A DNA stretch of 63,997 nucleotides, filler included, from an uncultured bacterium (GTDB lineage Bacteria > Auribacterota > CAZIXI01): assembly GCA_964543115.1 (NCBI GenBank). It is 6 parts of 6 records of this genome, joined end to end, with 100 filler letters (N's around TTAATTAATTAA, not from the genome) between each part and the next. Parts side by side here need not be neighbours in the genome. Positions count along the whole stretch, not along the records: positions 22,663 to 33,758 come from CAZIXI010000107.1; positions 33,859 to 44,909 come from CAZIXI010000108.1; positions 45,010 to 56,000 come from CAZIXI010000109.1; 3 more parts are not named here. The stretch is one strand, 5' to 3'. Positions 33,652 to 48,283 of the stretch are shown piece after piece. The translations under genes were made by a program, and so were the position numbers. A model generated the notes under the pieces. That model was given only the letters and a program-made list of their open reading frames with translations, did no database searches and had not been told where the DNA came from. The stretch's first letter is position 1; each line of letters opens with the position of its first letter.

Positions 33652-33758
33652 ATGAAAAGGCGAGGGATTGTGTTGGTGGTAACGACGATTATTCTGAGCA
33701 TTGTGGTTATTGTCGCGGCGGCTCTGGTTACGTTGCTCAGCCGGGATCTCTATACTAC
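33652..33758 (+). CDS. PilX-like minor pilin N-terminus (cassette 2), truncated by contig end
   Basis: MKRRG|IVLVVTTIILSIVVIVAAAL. Confidence 0.7.
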
Positions 33759-33858
33759 NNNNNNNNNNNNNNNNNNNNNNNNNNNNNNNNNNNNNNNNNN
33801 NNTTAATTAATTAANNNNNNNNNNNNNNNNNNNNNNNNNNNNNNNNNNNNNNNNNNNN
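33759..33858. other. Artificial contig linker
   Basis: N-TTAATTAATTAA-N. Confidence 0.98.
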
Positions 33859-34357
33859 CATCTTCAGGATAAACCTGCCAGGCCAATTGCACGCGGTAAT
33901 AGGGATTATCGGTAATTGCATCCACTGTACCGTCAGCATCAGAATCTTCGATTAGAACTACCCCGCCATAATAATCCAAGTCATCACTTGTACCCATGAC
34001 CAGGTCATCGCCGGCATCACTGTAGGGCTGTACAGTTTCAGCATAGTTGTCTTCAAGATATGTACGGTTATCAGTAACGATCTTCAATCCCCAGCAGGCC
34101 TCATCAGTGTCAAATTCGACATAGAGATATTGATCCGAAATAATCCACGGAGCATCCTGAGAAGCGTCCTCATAATCATAAAAGGTAAAGATATTGCTCA
34201 TATAAAAAATCAGCGGATTATCCATTGATTTGGATCTAACGGAAAGTGAAGTAGTCGCGGAAATTGCTCCATTAAGCAAGCATAGGGCAATAATCAGAAA
34301 AATACCCACACCTTTTGCCACAAGTATTTCTCTTATTTTGCTATCTGCTATTTTCAT
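33859..34357 (-). CDS. Secreted acidic protein, paralog 3 of putative fibre-subunit family (3' truncated)
   Basis: Signal peptide; shares TSLSV, WGLKIVTDN, YGG and R..LAW motifs with paralogs 1 and 2. Confidence 0.75.
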
Positions 34358-34387
34358 CGTCTTGCCTCCACGGGTACAACACTTCTT

Positions 34388-35393
34388 TTACTCATGTATC
34401 AGCTCAACATACAATCTCGACTCATACGTATCTGGCGTCAATACATACGGCACAGGCTCACTCACATCACCAAAATTAGTGGCAGCAAATCTCGCCGCAA
34501 TGTAAATCACCACATCATCATCTGCCAAATCAACCATATCAGTATAAGTGTCACCGTCGCTGTCGCTTACCATGAATGTATAGGGGACCAATGATCCATA
34601 ACTTCCCGGCATACCGGCAGATACAATTGAGTACGTAATTTCATTGGCCACACCGTCTCCATCATAATCCTCATAAATATCTTCAGAAAAGCAATCATCG
34701 GATTTGTCCGCAATATAGGCCCAGGCCTCGTGGTCAGCATAGGTCCAGCAGTAACCCACATCCACGTCCTGAATCATATAGCCGCTGCCATAAGCAACCT
34801 GAGTGGCAGAAGGAAGTGAGGAACTGTAGCCCGTTGACCATTCATCCTCCGCGGACCAGGCCCAAACAGCTCTCTTACTGGGATCCTGATCATCTTCGGG
34901 AATTACTGATCCGGCTCCGGTAATCACATCNNNNNNNNNNTAGCCCGCCATAGGAATTATCATCATACACTCCATCACTATCCAGGGCTATTCTTGAGGG
35001 CGCTACATAATCAAGAATATCGATATCTCCATCACTATTAATATCCGTTGCTGTAGCTCCGGCAGAACTCAGGGCATCTTCTACCAGAATATAGTTGTCG
35101 GTAACTATGCGCAGTCCCCAGGCATAATTACTGGAATAAGACACTAACAGACAATCCTCAGCTACTGACCAATACGTGCCAGTATCGCTCAGGTCCAGAC
35201 TGCTGACATCAAAAGTCAGCGCACCGCTTCCTGTGCCACCGGTAGCCGTATCCAGATAGCTGACCGACAGGCTGGTGACAGCGGAAATGGTAATCGTAAC
35301 ACTTATCTCTTCCTGTTCGTCATAAGCCCTAACCGGTAAAGATACGCTTAAACTAATAACTATGACAAATAATACTTTGAAAAGATTCTTCAT
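34388..35393 (-). CDS. Secreted acidic protein, paralog 2 (internal N gap 34931-34940 splits the track ORFs)
   Basis: Collinear with 41878-42846: YSSNYAWGLRIVTDN, WAYIADKSD, IYIAARFAATNFGD, C-terminal LYVELIHE; AGGAGG RBS. Confidence 0.85.
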
Positions 35394-35395
35394 AA

Positions 35396-39400
<4,005 letters not shown>

Positions 39401-39433
39401 ATCGCCATCGGTGGATGTATAATAGAGGAATCT

Positions 39434-40954
39434 TCACCCTTCTGTTGTATCCACACTGACATAAATGGCAAAATCCAGATGGTAGCGCATGGACCACTGC
39501 AGTTGGGTATTAGTTGTATTAAGGTAAGTCCCGTCCGTATCCATGAACGCGTAACAATTATTCAATCCGGCGCCATCCAGTTCAATTACCCGGCTGCCTC
39601 GGTTCCAGTCATAAACAATACTGATTTCCGCTTCATCCGGATCATTATCGAAAATGCTCCAGGAATCCGTTGTATAATCCGCCAGCCAACTTCCGCTGCC
39701 GCGGTTATTAAAGCCATACATGCCCCATTGAATATCCGCCGGCTCAAAATCTCCCGGCAAATCAATAGAGTAAACGCGGCCATGGCTGCTGAATAACAAT
39801 TCCAAATCACCTGCCGGATTGATTTCATCACCGGTCGCGTCCTGATCGATATCCACCAGCACTAATCCGGGAGCAAGAGAAAAACTGTAAGGGTCCGGCC
39901 AGTCTGCCAGTTCCACAGCTGTTCCTGATGCGTCATAACAGTAGAGGGCTCCGGAACCGGAACTGCTGATTATTTCCATATCCCCGTCATTGTCCGCATC
40001 TGCCACAACAGGCTGATATACTGTTTCCTCTTCCGGCGCGATGTTAAAAACTTCTGTTCCGGTAAGATCATAAGCTGCCAGGCGGCCGTTGGCGGAACCG
40101 GTAATTACTTCCGGTACATCATCCCCATCCAGATCAGCCAAACTCAAATAGGTATCGTCTGTATTCTCGATTTCCGTTAAGGCAACCGGAAAACCGCTGA
40201 GTACTGTTATACTTTCTTCAGCATAGCTATAGCCGTAAAGATAGTTATCTGAACCATCAGTTCCGGCAAAGAAAATCTGATTATCATAAACAACTGGATT
40301 ACCCGCAGCAGTCAGACTCAGCATTTCACTTGCTAATTCTGTTTCATCACCATCGAGAATAATAAGGCCGGCAGAGCCGGCACCGGCGATTTCCTGCTTC
40401 CCGTCTGAATCCAGATCGGCAAGCGCCAGCTGATACCCTTCCAGATAAACAATCTCATCTTCGAAGCCGTCAGCAATGTCACCCACAACGATATTGTTGA
40501 GGGTAAATCCGGCAAATTCAGGATAGTCGTCTGCCTCATCTCCTTCCGCGGTCCAGGCATAGAGATATGTGTCTACGCCAAGTGTGATTTCCAACAGACC
40601 GTCACCATCCAGGTCTCCTACAGCCAGCTCCGTTACCACTTCCCCGCTGACCTCCACCGGCCAGCCGTCCCGCAGCGAACCGTTCCTTTCCCAGACATAA
40701 ACACTTGTTGTGTCTTCATCCTCATTGTAACCGGCGCAGATAATCTCTAAAACAAAATCACCATCCAGGTCAGCGACTATAGGTGAGCCAACGGTTAAGT
40801 TAGCGTTTGTATTATAGCTATCAGGATGAGAGGTAACTCTGGTTGCGATCGTAACAGCATTGAACTGCAGTACCCGCGCGCACAGCAATGCCGGGATAGC
40901 AAGCGCACATCCAAGGATAAGCAGAATGATTATCTTAACGTTATTACGAAACAT
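39434..40954 (-). CDS. Secreted FG-GAP/VCBS beta-propeller protein (upstream part of TGA-interrupted gene)
   Basis: Signal peptide; repeated (V/L)ADLDGDG..EI motifs and GWPV/GFPV loops. Confidence 0.85.
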   Translation of the reverse strand: MFRNNVKIIILLILGCALAIPALLCARVLQFNAVTIATRVTSHPDSYNTNANLTVGSPIVADLDGDFVLEIICAGYNEDEDTTSVYVWERNGSLRDGWPVEVSGEVVTELAVGDLDGDGLLEITLGVDTYLYAWTAEGDEADDYPEFAGFTLNNIVVGDIADGFEDEIVYLEGYQLALADLDSDGKQEIAGAGSAGLIILDGDETELASEMLSLTAAGNPVVYDNQIFFAGTDGSDNYLYGYSYAEESITVLSGFPVALTEIENTDDTYLSLADLDGDDVPEVITGSANGRLAAYDLTGTEVFNIAPEEETVYQPVVADADNDGDMEIISSSGSGALYCYDASGTAVELADWPDPYSFSLAPGLVLVDIDQDATGDEINPAGDLELLFSSHGRVYSIDLPGDFEPADIQWGMYGFNNRGSGSWLADYTTDSWSIFDNDPDEAEISIVYDWNRGSRVIELDGAGLNNCYAFMDTDGTYLNTTNTQLQWSMRYHLDFAIYVSVDTTEG

Positions 40955-40979
40955 TACGCCTCCACCTCTCTTTAATTCT

Positions 40980-41783
40980 TTAATTCTTTAATTCTTTAAT
41001 TCTTTGCTTCTTTACATCTTTTCCCGCCTCAAACGTCACTGCTCCTTCAGCGATCAATTTTTGCTTGTCATACATTTTGCCGTAATCAACAACCGCTCTT
41101 AACTCATATTTCCCGGGATCTAGTTTCAGTTTTTTCTCAAAACGAAACGGCCTGTTCTGCCCCACCTGCGCCGGCTGTCCGAAAGGAATCTCAAACGTTT
41201 TCACTTTTTTTCCATTGCTATCATAGACACTCAGCACAACATCCGGACGGATGTGAATATTGCTTTTATTCTTTACGTAAACGATCCCTTTTAATATTCC
41301 AAGATCAGGTTTATATTTTACGTCGATCTTATCTACTACAGCCGCCAGCTTAGCGGTGTTCTGCACAATCGCGTAAATCGGAACACCAAAGCGGATTCCA
41401 ATAAATGATTTTTGTTTACCCAATTCATCAGCAATAAAATACAGCATCCCGCGAAGTTCCCCTTCTGCGTCTTTCGGCAAGATAATTTTGCAAGGAACCT
41501 TTATCTTTTCTCCGGGTTTAAGCTCGATTTTTTTCTGATCGATCTTGAACCAATTAGAAGTCTCGATATCTTTTTTATTTTTTTTCTTTAACTCAATACC
41601 GACTTGCAGCGGGATCTTTCCGGTATTGCTTACCGCAAAGTATTTTTCAGCTGGCGAGTCTTTATCAACAACTATTTCTAAAACCGTAGGGTCAACCTTA
41701 AGACCGGCATAGAGATGGGCAGGAAGAAGCATAAACAAGAAAAGGCATATTGATAAAAGTAATAAAGATCTATTAATCTGCAT
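40980..41783 (-). CDS. PapD-like / DUF916-like Ig-fold periplasmic chaperone candidate
   Basis: Signal peptide; GLKVDPTVLEI, AVSNTG, WFKIDQKKIELKPGE, GIRFGVPIYA resemble fimbrial chaperone and WxL-interacting folds; Lys-rich. Confidence 0.65.
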   Translation of the reverse strand: MQINRSLLLLSICLFLFMLLPAHLYAGLKVDPTVLEIVVDKDSPAEKYFAVSNTGKIPLQVGIELKKKNKKDIETSNWFKIDQKKIELKPGEKIKVPCKIILPKDAEGELRGMLYFIADELGKQKSFIGIRFGVPIYAIVQNTAKLAAVVDKIDVKYKPDLGILKGIVYVKNKSNIHIRPDVVLSVYDSNGKKVKTFEIPFGQPAQVGQNRPFRFEKKLKLDPGKYELRAVVDYGKMYDKQKLIAEGAVTFEAGKDVKKQRIKELKN

Positions 41784-41877
41784 ATAGACCACCTCCCACC
41801 CCGTAGTCCAAGCATTTTTTGGGCTGCGGGATGGAAGGGGGAGACAGCATCTGCCTCCCCTCTTCCCTTGGCACTGA

Positions 41878-42846
41878 TTATTCGTGAATCAGTTCAATAT
41901 ACAAACTGGTTGTATATGTGTCCGGCTCCAGAAGATACGGAAACGGAGTAGTGGGATCGCCCCAATTAGTGGCGGCAAATCTTGACGCTAAGTAAATGAC
42001 AATGTCACCGTCATCAGCGGAAAGATCTTCCATGTCCGTATAACTGTCTCCATCACTATCTGCCTGGGCAGGAGTAAACGGGACAAGTGAACCGTTGGCT
42101 CCGGCGGCACCAGTGGCCACAATTGAATATTCCAGGCTGGTAGTGCTACCTGTGTAGATCTCATCATTAAAACTATCATCGTTCTTGTCACCGATATACG
42201 CCCACTGATCAACATCTGTAATATCCCAGCAGTCGCCAACGTTATCATCCTCAATACTCCCGTCAGCAGCAAATGTGCTAACCGGTAATACAGATTGATA
42301 ATCCGTGCTCCATTCTGAATCCGCCATCCAGGCGATAGTGGCCCGGTTTGTGGGATCCAAGTCAGCGGTAGTTAAGGTACCGTCAATCACATCCTGAATA
42401 TCACCACCGCTCAACATACCGGAATAAGAGGCGTCATCATATACGCCGTCACCATCAAGCGCCAGCATATTAGCAGCAACATAATCACTAATGGCTACAT
42501 CACTGCCGGCCATCGCATCAACTACGTCATCATTGTCTGTAATAATCCGGATACCCCAGGAATAATTACTGGAGTAATCTACCAGAAAACACTCATCAGC
42601 AACCGCCCAGAGTGTTGATCCATCACTAAGATCCAAACCGCTTAGGTCAAAACTAAGCGCACCTGTTCCCACAGCACCAGTAGCAGTTTCTAAATAGCTG
42701 ATACTTAAACTTGTGGAACCGGTAATGATTGTAGAGATACTGATCGCTCCGGAAGATTGATCAATATCCGCCATAATCGGCGTGCCCATGGCGCAGACAA
42801 TCACTGCCAAAATACCTGCTATAATTCCTTTAAACAACTTACTCAC
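41878..42846 (-). CDS. Secreted acidic protein, paralog 1 (putative major fibre subunit)
   Basis: GTG start with AGGAGG RBS, signal peptide, first gene after the sigma-54 promoter, ends LYIELIHE. Confidence 0.85.
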   Translation of the reverse strand: MSKLFKGIIAGILAVIVCAMGTPIMADIDQSSGAISISTIITGSTSLSISYLETATGAVGTGALSFDLSGLDLSDGSTLWAVADECFLVDYSSNYSWGIRIITDNDDVVDAMAGSDVAISDYVAANMLALDGDGVYDDASYSGMLSGGDIQDVIDGTLTTADLDPTNRATIAWMADSEWSTDYQSVLPVSTFAADGSIEDDNVGDCWDITDVDQWAYIGDKNDDSFNDEIYTGSTTSLEYSIVATGAAGANGSLVPFTPAQADSDGDSYTDMEDLSADDGDIVIYLASRFAATNWGDPTTPFPYLLEPDTYTTSLYIELIHE

Positions 42847-43045
42847 AAGAACCTCCTTTTTTGTTAAAATAACAATTTTTCTATGTTAACAGCTGATAAC
42901 CCCGTTTTTGAAATTGATCTCACCTCCTTTTTGGGCATTATTTAAGTTCAGCTTATCTCTTTTTAAGTTTAATGTTTTCTAAGAACGAAATTACACCCCC
43001 ACGCCGTAACTTCTACCTTTATTTGTCGGGGGTGAAGTTCTATTT

Positions 43046-43088
43046 AAAACGAAAGCCGAATTAACCAGTTAAAACTGATTAATTCGGC
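43046..43088 (-). terminator. Intrinsic terminator within 5' leader
   Basis: GCCGAATTAATCAGT/ACTGGTTAATTCGGC long stem followed by TTTCGTTTT on the minus strand. Confidence 0.8.
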
Positions 43089-43098
43089 CCATTGTCAA

Positions 43099-43167
43099 TA
43101 AGCAGGGAAGGAAGCGTAGAAGGGCATGCCACGTCTTTCCTTTTACGGCTCGACTCCAACCTGCTTA
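43099..43167 (-). ncRNA. Candidate orphan structured leader RNA (riboswitch-like)
   Basis: 8-bp closing helix TAAGCAGG/CCTGCTTA starts right after the predicted sigma-54 start site and precedes a terminator. No match to families I recognise. Confidence 0.45.
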
Positions 43168-43178
43168 GTGTTTTATAA

Positions 43179-43195
43179 TGCACGTAACATGCCAA
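43179..43195 (-). promoter_or_regulatory. Sigma-54 promoter of fibre-like operon
   Basis: TTGGCATGTTACGTGCA on the minus strand, GG-N10-GC. Confidence 0.75.
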
Positions 43196-43408
43196 CTCAG
43201 TAAAAAAAATATCGATTCTGTAAGTGCTTGCCGGGCAGGATGTAAAGAAACCTTACCTTGAGTTAACAATTTGCTAAATCTTTACCCCCCCAGGAATAAA
43301 CACCTGATTTTTCCGGCGAAAAGTCCATTGACTAATAATATTTCTCTATTTTACATAGCTGGATTTCGGCAGTTTTGGATAGGATAATGTATTTTTCATA
43401 TATGGTAA

Positions 43409-44909
43409 TTAAAGCGCCTGCTCAATGCCGGATTGGCGACAGGAAATATTTCGCATATGTTTTTCCGGCTGAAAAACACCTTCCAGCAGCAAGGTGATTT
43501 TCTCATCTTCTTCAATAACATTAACTCTCATACCGGCTACTCCCAGCCGGCGATGCAGCATTTTGCCCATTAGTATTCGCCTGCTAACATATTCTGACGG
43601 CAGGTCCACCCCGCGCATAAAGGGATAAACAAAAATGTAAAATTTTTCCCTGAGCGGAGGATACCGAGAGATAAACACATCATGATCTTTTATTGCCAAA
43701 AGTGCCTGTGCCTCTGCCATAATTCCCCATACAGCTGCCTGAGTTACCGCCGGAATATGATTGTTATTTAGCAAATATCTTGTTACTGCCATCAGTGAAT
43801 GGATATTATCCAGTATCTTATATACACGATAGGTATTATCAACGCCAAATTCTTCCAGCGCCTTTCCTATATCTGCATATATGCGGCAACCCAGCCCATG
43901 TCTTCCCAGTCTAATAAAATTAGTGTTCTCAATAAACACAGAGCCGTCTTCCAGCACCTCACCGTACATATAAACACCGGGAACAAAATCTCCTGTTTGC
44001 GAGGTTTTTACCAAGATGATCCAGCCATCGGCGCCAAAGTTATACCAGAGGTTTTCTGCGCTTTCCCCAATTTGCCCCAGTCTCTCTTCCAGCGTTGGCT
44101 GCATGGCCTCTGTTTCCAGATGATCCTTTCCTCTCTCAAATTTCACATAACGGGCATTTGCCTCCAGCGAGAGAGCCAATTGATAATAATCCCTGGAGAA
44201 GACTATTTCCGCATAATCACTTTCATCTTTTCTGTCAGCAAACCTATGACCAGCTATTGAGGCAAGCGCAGCAAAGGCCTTTTTCTGCCGCGGTGTTTTG
44301 TAGAAGTCCAGGAGATACAAAATAGCGGAATTTTCTTTTTCCAAATCGGAATTTAATCCTATTGCCGCCGGATCATTGCTTAGTAATGGGCTGGAGTGTG
44401 ACTGGTTGACTTCAAAATCATATAATTCCGTGACAAAACTAATATGCTTTCTGAGATTATCATGATACCGCTGCTGCAGTTGCCGGCGGATATCTCCGTC
44501 CTCTTTCAGCAAGGTAATAAGCAAACTCAATGCCCAGAAGTATTCAGCATCAGCTGGATGTTTTTCAGAAATAAAGCGTAAAAGAAATAATTTGTTTTCT
44601 CCGGCGGCAGACACACCAAGCAGCCGTCTACTCACTGCCTTCCTCATGTTTTGTGGTACTTTGCTTTGGATAGCCGTCTTGATTTCCGGATCCAGCCTGT
44701 CGGTCAATCTTAAACATCGCATAAAATCATCTAAATATTCATTCAGCTCCAACTCAACTGTTTCCGTCTCATCAATTGCTATTTTTACTGTTAAATGCTG
44801 CTCCTGCAACCATTCTTTTAATCCTTCTACTTCCAGGCCAGTAAATTCTCCTGCCAAAATTAGATCCATATTTTGCTGATAACTTTTGCCGGCTATCTCA
44901 ATTACAGCC
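43409..44909 (-). CDS. Hypothetical protein (5' truncated), possible GNAT-like segment
   Basis: Long ORF open to the contig edge; RHGLGCRIY resembles GNAT motif A (weak). Confidence 0.7.
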
Positions 44910-45009
44910 NNNNNNNNNNNNNNNNNNNNNNNNNNNNNNNNNNNNNNNNNNNNTTAATTAATTAANNNNNNNNNNNNNNNNNNNNNNNNNNNNNNNNNNN
45001 NNNNNNNNN
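44910..45009. other. Artificial contig linker
   Basis: N-TTAATTAATTAA-N. Confidence 0.98.
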
Positions 45010-46164
45010 GGGAACCGGCTTTAACTGCTCCTTGCTGTATTCGGTCAGTTTCTGCCGGCAGAAAAACCAGTTATCCAGCTTGCCGTGGCTGGCCAGACAA
45101 TCTACCCGGTGCAATTCCAGTTCTTCCACAAATGTCTCACTCTGCATAAATCTCTTTAGTTTTGCTTCCCGCATTTCCTGAACATCCATAAACTTAAGAT
45201 GATTCCAAATATAGGCAGTAATATGTTCCCGCTGTTCATTGGACATTTTCAACCGGCGGCAAATACCATCCGCCATCCGTGCCCCAACCTGGACATGGCC
45301 GTCGAAGCGAATCCGTTCCGCCCGCACAAAAGTCGGCGGTTTCCCGATATCATGCAAAAGGGCTGCAAAAGCCAGTTTAAAGGAAGGCTGGTCCAGTAAA
45401 TCAAGCATTATCCTGCTATGGACAAAGACATCGCCTTCCGGATGAAATTCTTCCGGTTGGGCCACACCAACCAAGGCACTTACTTCAGGCAAAACAGGAG
45501 TAAGCAATCCTGTATCCAGCAGCATTTGCAAACCAAGCCCCGGATGCCGCCCACGAATAATCTTATCCACTTCATCCCTAATCCGTTCCATACTGACATC
45601 CACGATTTTGGGAGCCATGTTTTTTATCGCTGTATATGTATCTGCTTCTATCCTGTATTGGTAACGGCTGGCAAACCTCACGGCCCTCATCATCCGCAGC
45701 TTATCCTCTCTGAATCTCTCCTCCGGATCACCTATTGCCCTGATCAAACCCTGCCGGATATCTTTCTCCCCGCCTACATAATCTAAAACCTGATCATTTG
45801 CTGGATCATATAAAAGACCATTAATCGTAAAATCTCTCCTTTGCACATCCTGCTCCGGACTGCTGGCAAAGTCTACTTTAACCGGATGACGGCCGTCAAT
45901 ATATACCCCATCCCGCCGAAATGTTGCCACCTCAAAAGGCATCCCTTCTTCAATAACTAACACTACCCCGTACTGTACTCCTACCGGTACGGTTTTTCTA
46001 AAAAGAGACATAATCTCCTGCGGAGAGGCAATGGTGGCAATATCATAATCAACCGGCCGAACACCCATTATCCGATCGCGTACGCACCCGCCGGCAAAAT
46101 AGGCGGCAAATCCCGCCTGCCGCAGCTTCTCAACAATGCCTATCGCTAATCTGTATTTATTCAT
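45010..46164 (-). CDS. cca: CCA tRNA nucleotidyltransferase with HD domain (3' truncated)
   Basis: GGCVRD, DYDIAT, RRDFTIN, LRMMRAVRF, LLHDIGKP. Confidence 0.92.
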
Positions 46165-46236
46165 GTTCTTAAACACCTAAACAAAAAAAAGCGTTCGCCA
46201 GACAGCCATTACTATCTGCCATACGCTATCCATTAC

Positions 46237-46506
46237 TTATTCAACAAAAAACGCCCAGGCCGTACAACCGACAAAAATGATACTGCTCAAGATAAACAAT
46301 CCCGTATATAAGATCTGAGATTCATCGCTAAAACCAAATTTCGGCTCATTAAGAAAAAATACCCAATAGAGAAGCGCCCCCAAAACAGCGATTAAACACA
46401 GTTTCGTTTTGCCCCAGATCGCAAAAAAACAACACAAGCCGGCAAGAATAGCTATCTGATACAACGGTATCTCAATAATAATATTCTTTAACGTATAAAA
46501 ATCCAT
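46237..46506 (-). CDS. Small membrane protein (about 3 TM)
   Basis: Three hydrophobic segments in 89 aa; tight operon spacing. Confidence 0.7.
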   Translation of the reverse strand: MDFYTLKNIIIEIPLYQIAILAGLCCFFAIWGKTKLCLIAVLGALLYWVFFLNEPKFGFSDESQILYTGLFILSSIIFVGCTAWAFFVE

Positions 46507-46516
46507 AAAACTGACT

Positions 46517-46873
46517 TCACTGTTTAGAAAATGTTTCCACTATTTTCTTAATTGCCGCCCGATCCTGATCCTTTACATTCAGAAAAGATACCCCATAAAC
46601 AAACTTTAACCCGTCTTGTTTCGGCCGCACCCAGACCAGGCGCCCAATAGCGCTGACCGCATGATCAAGGGCCGGCATATCTAATTCCACTTCCATTGTC
46701 GTCCCGACCGCAAAATTACCTTCACCCTCAAAGCATATGCCGCCAATACTGATATTTTTACCGACACCTTTACGGAATTGCTCTACCATATGCGGGTATA
46801 TACGATATCTGTTTACAAACCAGTAAGGAATCCTGACAAAACGTCTGCGCTCAATACCGCCCCAATTCCTCAT
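46517..46873 (-). CDS. Stand-alone PilZ domain protein (c-di-GMP receptor)
   Basis: ERRRFVRI (RxxxR) and KNISIGG (D/NxSxxG) motifs; GVSF. Confidence 0.9.
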   Translation of the reverse strand: MRNWGGIERRRFVRIPYWFVNRYRIYPHMVEQFRKGVGKNISIGGICFEGEGNFAVGTTMEVELDMPALDHAVSAIGRLVWVRPKQDGLKFVYGVSFLNVKDQDRAAIKKIVETFSKQ

Positions 46874-46998
46874 AAAAAATATCCTCCTCTAACCAAAGGA
46901 GGGTGAATTACCGTCAGCGGCACACCCCCCCATATTTATTAAGCTAATTCCGTTTTCCTTAAAAAACATAACGCTTTTAAGGTCAACAGTATTTTGTC

Positions 46999-47373
46999 TC
47001 AGCCTATATCGGCAGTCTCCTGCAAAGGTTCAACTCTAAATCTAAAAACAACCTTATGTTTTCCGATATTCAAGGTTAGCAGGGTGTTCATACGGGTAAG
47101 CAAAAGATAGTAAGGAATGCGAACTTGATGGTTTTTAACATTGATCGCGATATTAACATCACTGAGAATATCACGGGCTTCCCGAATGGTACAAACAAGC
47201 ATTTCAAATTTCCGCAGTTTATCCAGGAAATCACCATTAAAAATGTATTCTTTCTTACATTTAGGGCACCTGACCCGCGGATTATGCTCAATTTCCAGCA
47301 ATTTAAACAAAATCGGCTGTTGGCAGTTTTCTTGAATACACTTAAATTCTATCTGTTTATTATTTCCTTTCAT
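46999..47373 (-). CDS. Hypothetical zinc-ribbon protein
   Basis: CIQENC ... CPKC Cys pairs. Confidence 0.75.
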   Translation of the reverse strand: MKGNNKQIEFKCIQENCQQPILFKLLEIEHNPRVRCPKCKKEYIFNGDFLDKLRKFEMLVCTIREARDILSDVNIAINVKNHQVRIPYYLLLTRMNTLLTLNIGKHKVVFRFRVEPLQETADIG

Positions 47374-47498
47374 ACGGCGGTATCATAAATGAGATTCTGC
47401 CCCCTGTCAAGAGGAATCTCCCGAGGAGTGTCTCGGTTACTTTATCCTTGCATCTCCAGCAGTTTTCCCCTAAAATAACCGTCTAAAAAGGAGAAATT

Positions 47499-47864
47499 AT
47501 GGAAATTATTGTTCTCAAATCAAAAATCCACCGGGCCGTGGTAACTCAAAGTTCCCTCCACTATGAAGGCAGTATTACTATTGACGCTAATTTGCTTAAA
47601 AAAACACAAATACATCCTTATGAAAGAGTTATGATCTCAAACATAAACCGCGGGACACGATTTGAAACCTATGCTATTGCCGGCAAACCCGGTTCCGGGG
47701 TAATCTGCCTCAATGGCGCTGCCGCCCGACTCTGTAAAATCGGTGACCGGGTCACCATTATGGCCTTTGCCCTGATGAAACCCGGGGAAATGAAAAAATC
47801 CAAACCAAAAGTAATAGTTCTCGATAAAAACAACCACATCACCAATCCCAAGCTTCGCTTGTGA
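47499..47864 (+). CDS. panD: Aspartate 1-decarboxylase (pyruvoyl)
   Basis: LKSKIHRA, YEG|SITID autocleavage site, RFETY, ICLNGAAAR. Confidence 0.96.
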   Translation: MEIIVLKSKIHRAVVTQSSLHYEGSITIDANLLKKTQIHPYERVMISNINRGTRFETYAIAGKPGSGVICLNGAAARLCKIGDRVTIMAFALMKPGEMKKSKPKVIVLDKNNHITNPKLRL

Positions 47865-47892
47865 CTGCCATTATTGGAATGGTTATAGACTG
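47847..47892 (+). mobile_element. Hairpin-tail mini element overlapping the panD stop
   Basis: cccaagcttcgcttgtgactgccattattggaatggttatagactg, near-identical to 10321-10367. Confidence 0.65.
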
Positions 47893-47898
47893 ACCTGA

Positions 47899-48117
47899 CT
47901 AATTTATCCCTTCGCCGTCCAGGCAGATATTATTAACAGATCGGCAAAAATTATTACCCCTCTGCGCCGGAGAATCAAGATCACGTCCATCCAGCAAATC
48001 ATCGTTAACATCATCACCAAAACGTACCGCCCTCTCCTCTGTTGTCTCAAAACACCCTGACATTGCAGTTACTACCATTGCAAAAAGCAACAACAAACCA
48101 ATCATCCTCAGATTCAT
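47899..48117 (-). CDS. Small lipoprotein
   Basis: Basic N-terminus, hydrophobic core, lipobox AMSG|C. Confidence 0.75.
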   Translation of the reverse strand: MNLRMIGLLLLFAMVVTAMSGCFETTEERAVRFGDDVNDDLLDGRDLDSPAQRGNNFCRSVNNICLDGEGIN

Positions 48118-48283
48118 TAAAACACCTCTCTTTTTATCATCTGTTTCGCGCTTGTCCCATTATGATACATTCGCCGTGTGTTATTTTGCAACCTTTTTAG
48201 AAAATTACTGTTATTCAAGCCAACACTCTTACTCTATGTATTTTGATTCTAATTATTTATAAAAAATAAATCTACTACCATTT

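Noticed and set aside
22563..33858. Functional linkage between the giant AAA protein, pilin cluster and fibre operon
   Set aside because: They are on separate contigs ordered only by length.
39434..39436. Selenocysteine or genetic code 4/25 explanation for the in-frame TGA
   Set aside because: TGA terminates purB (ATGA overlap), purH and panD. The position is not redox-like and no convincing SECIS hairpin follows.
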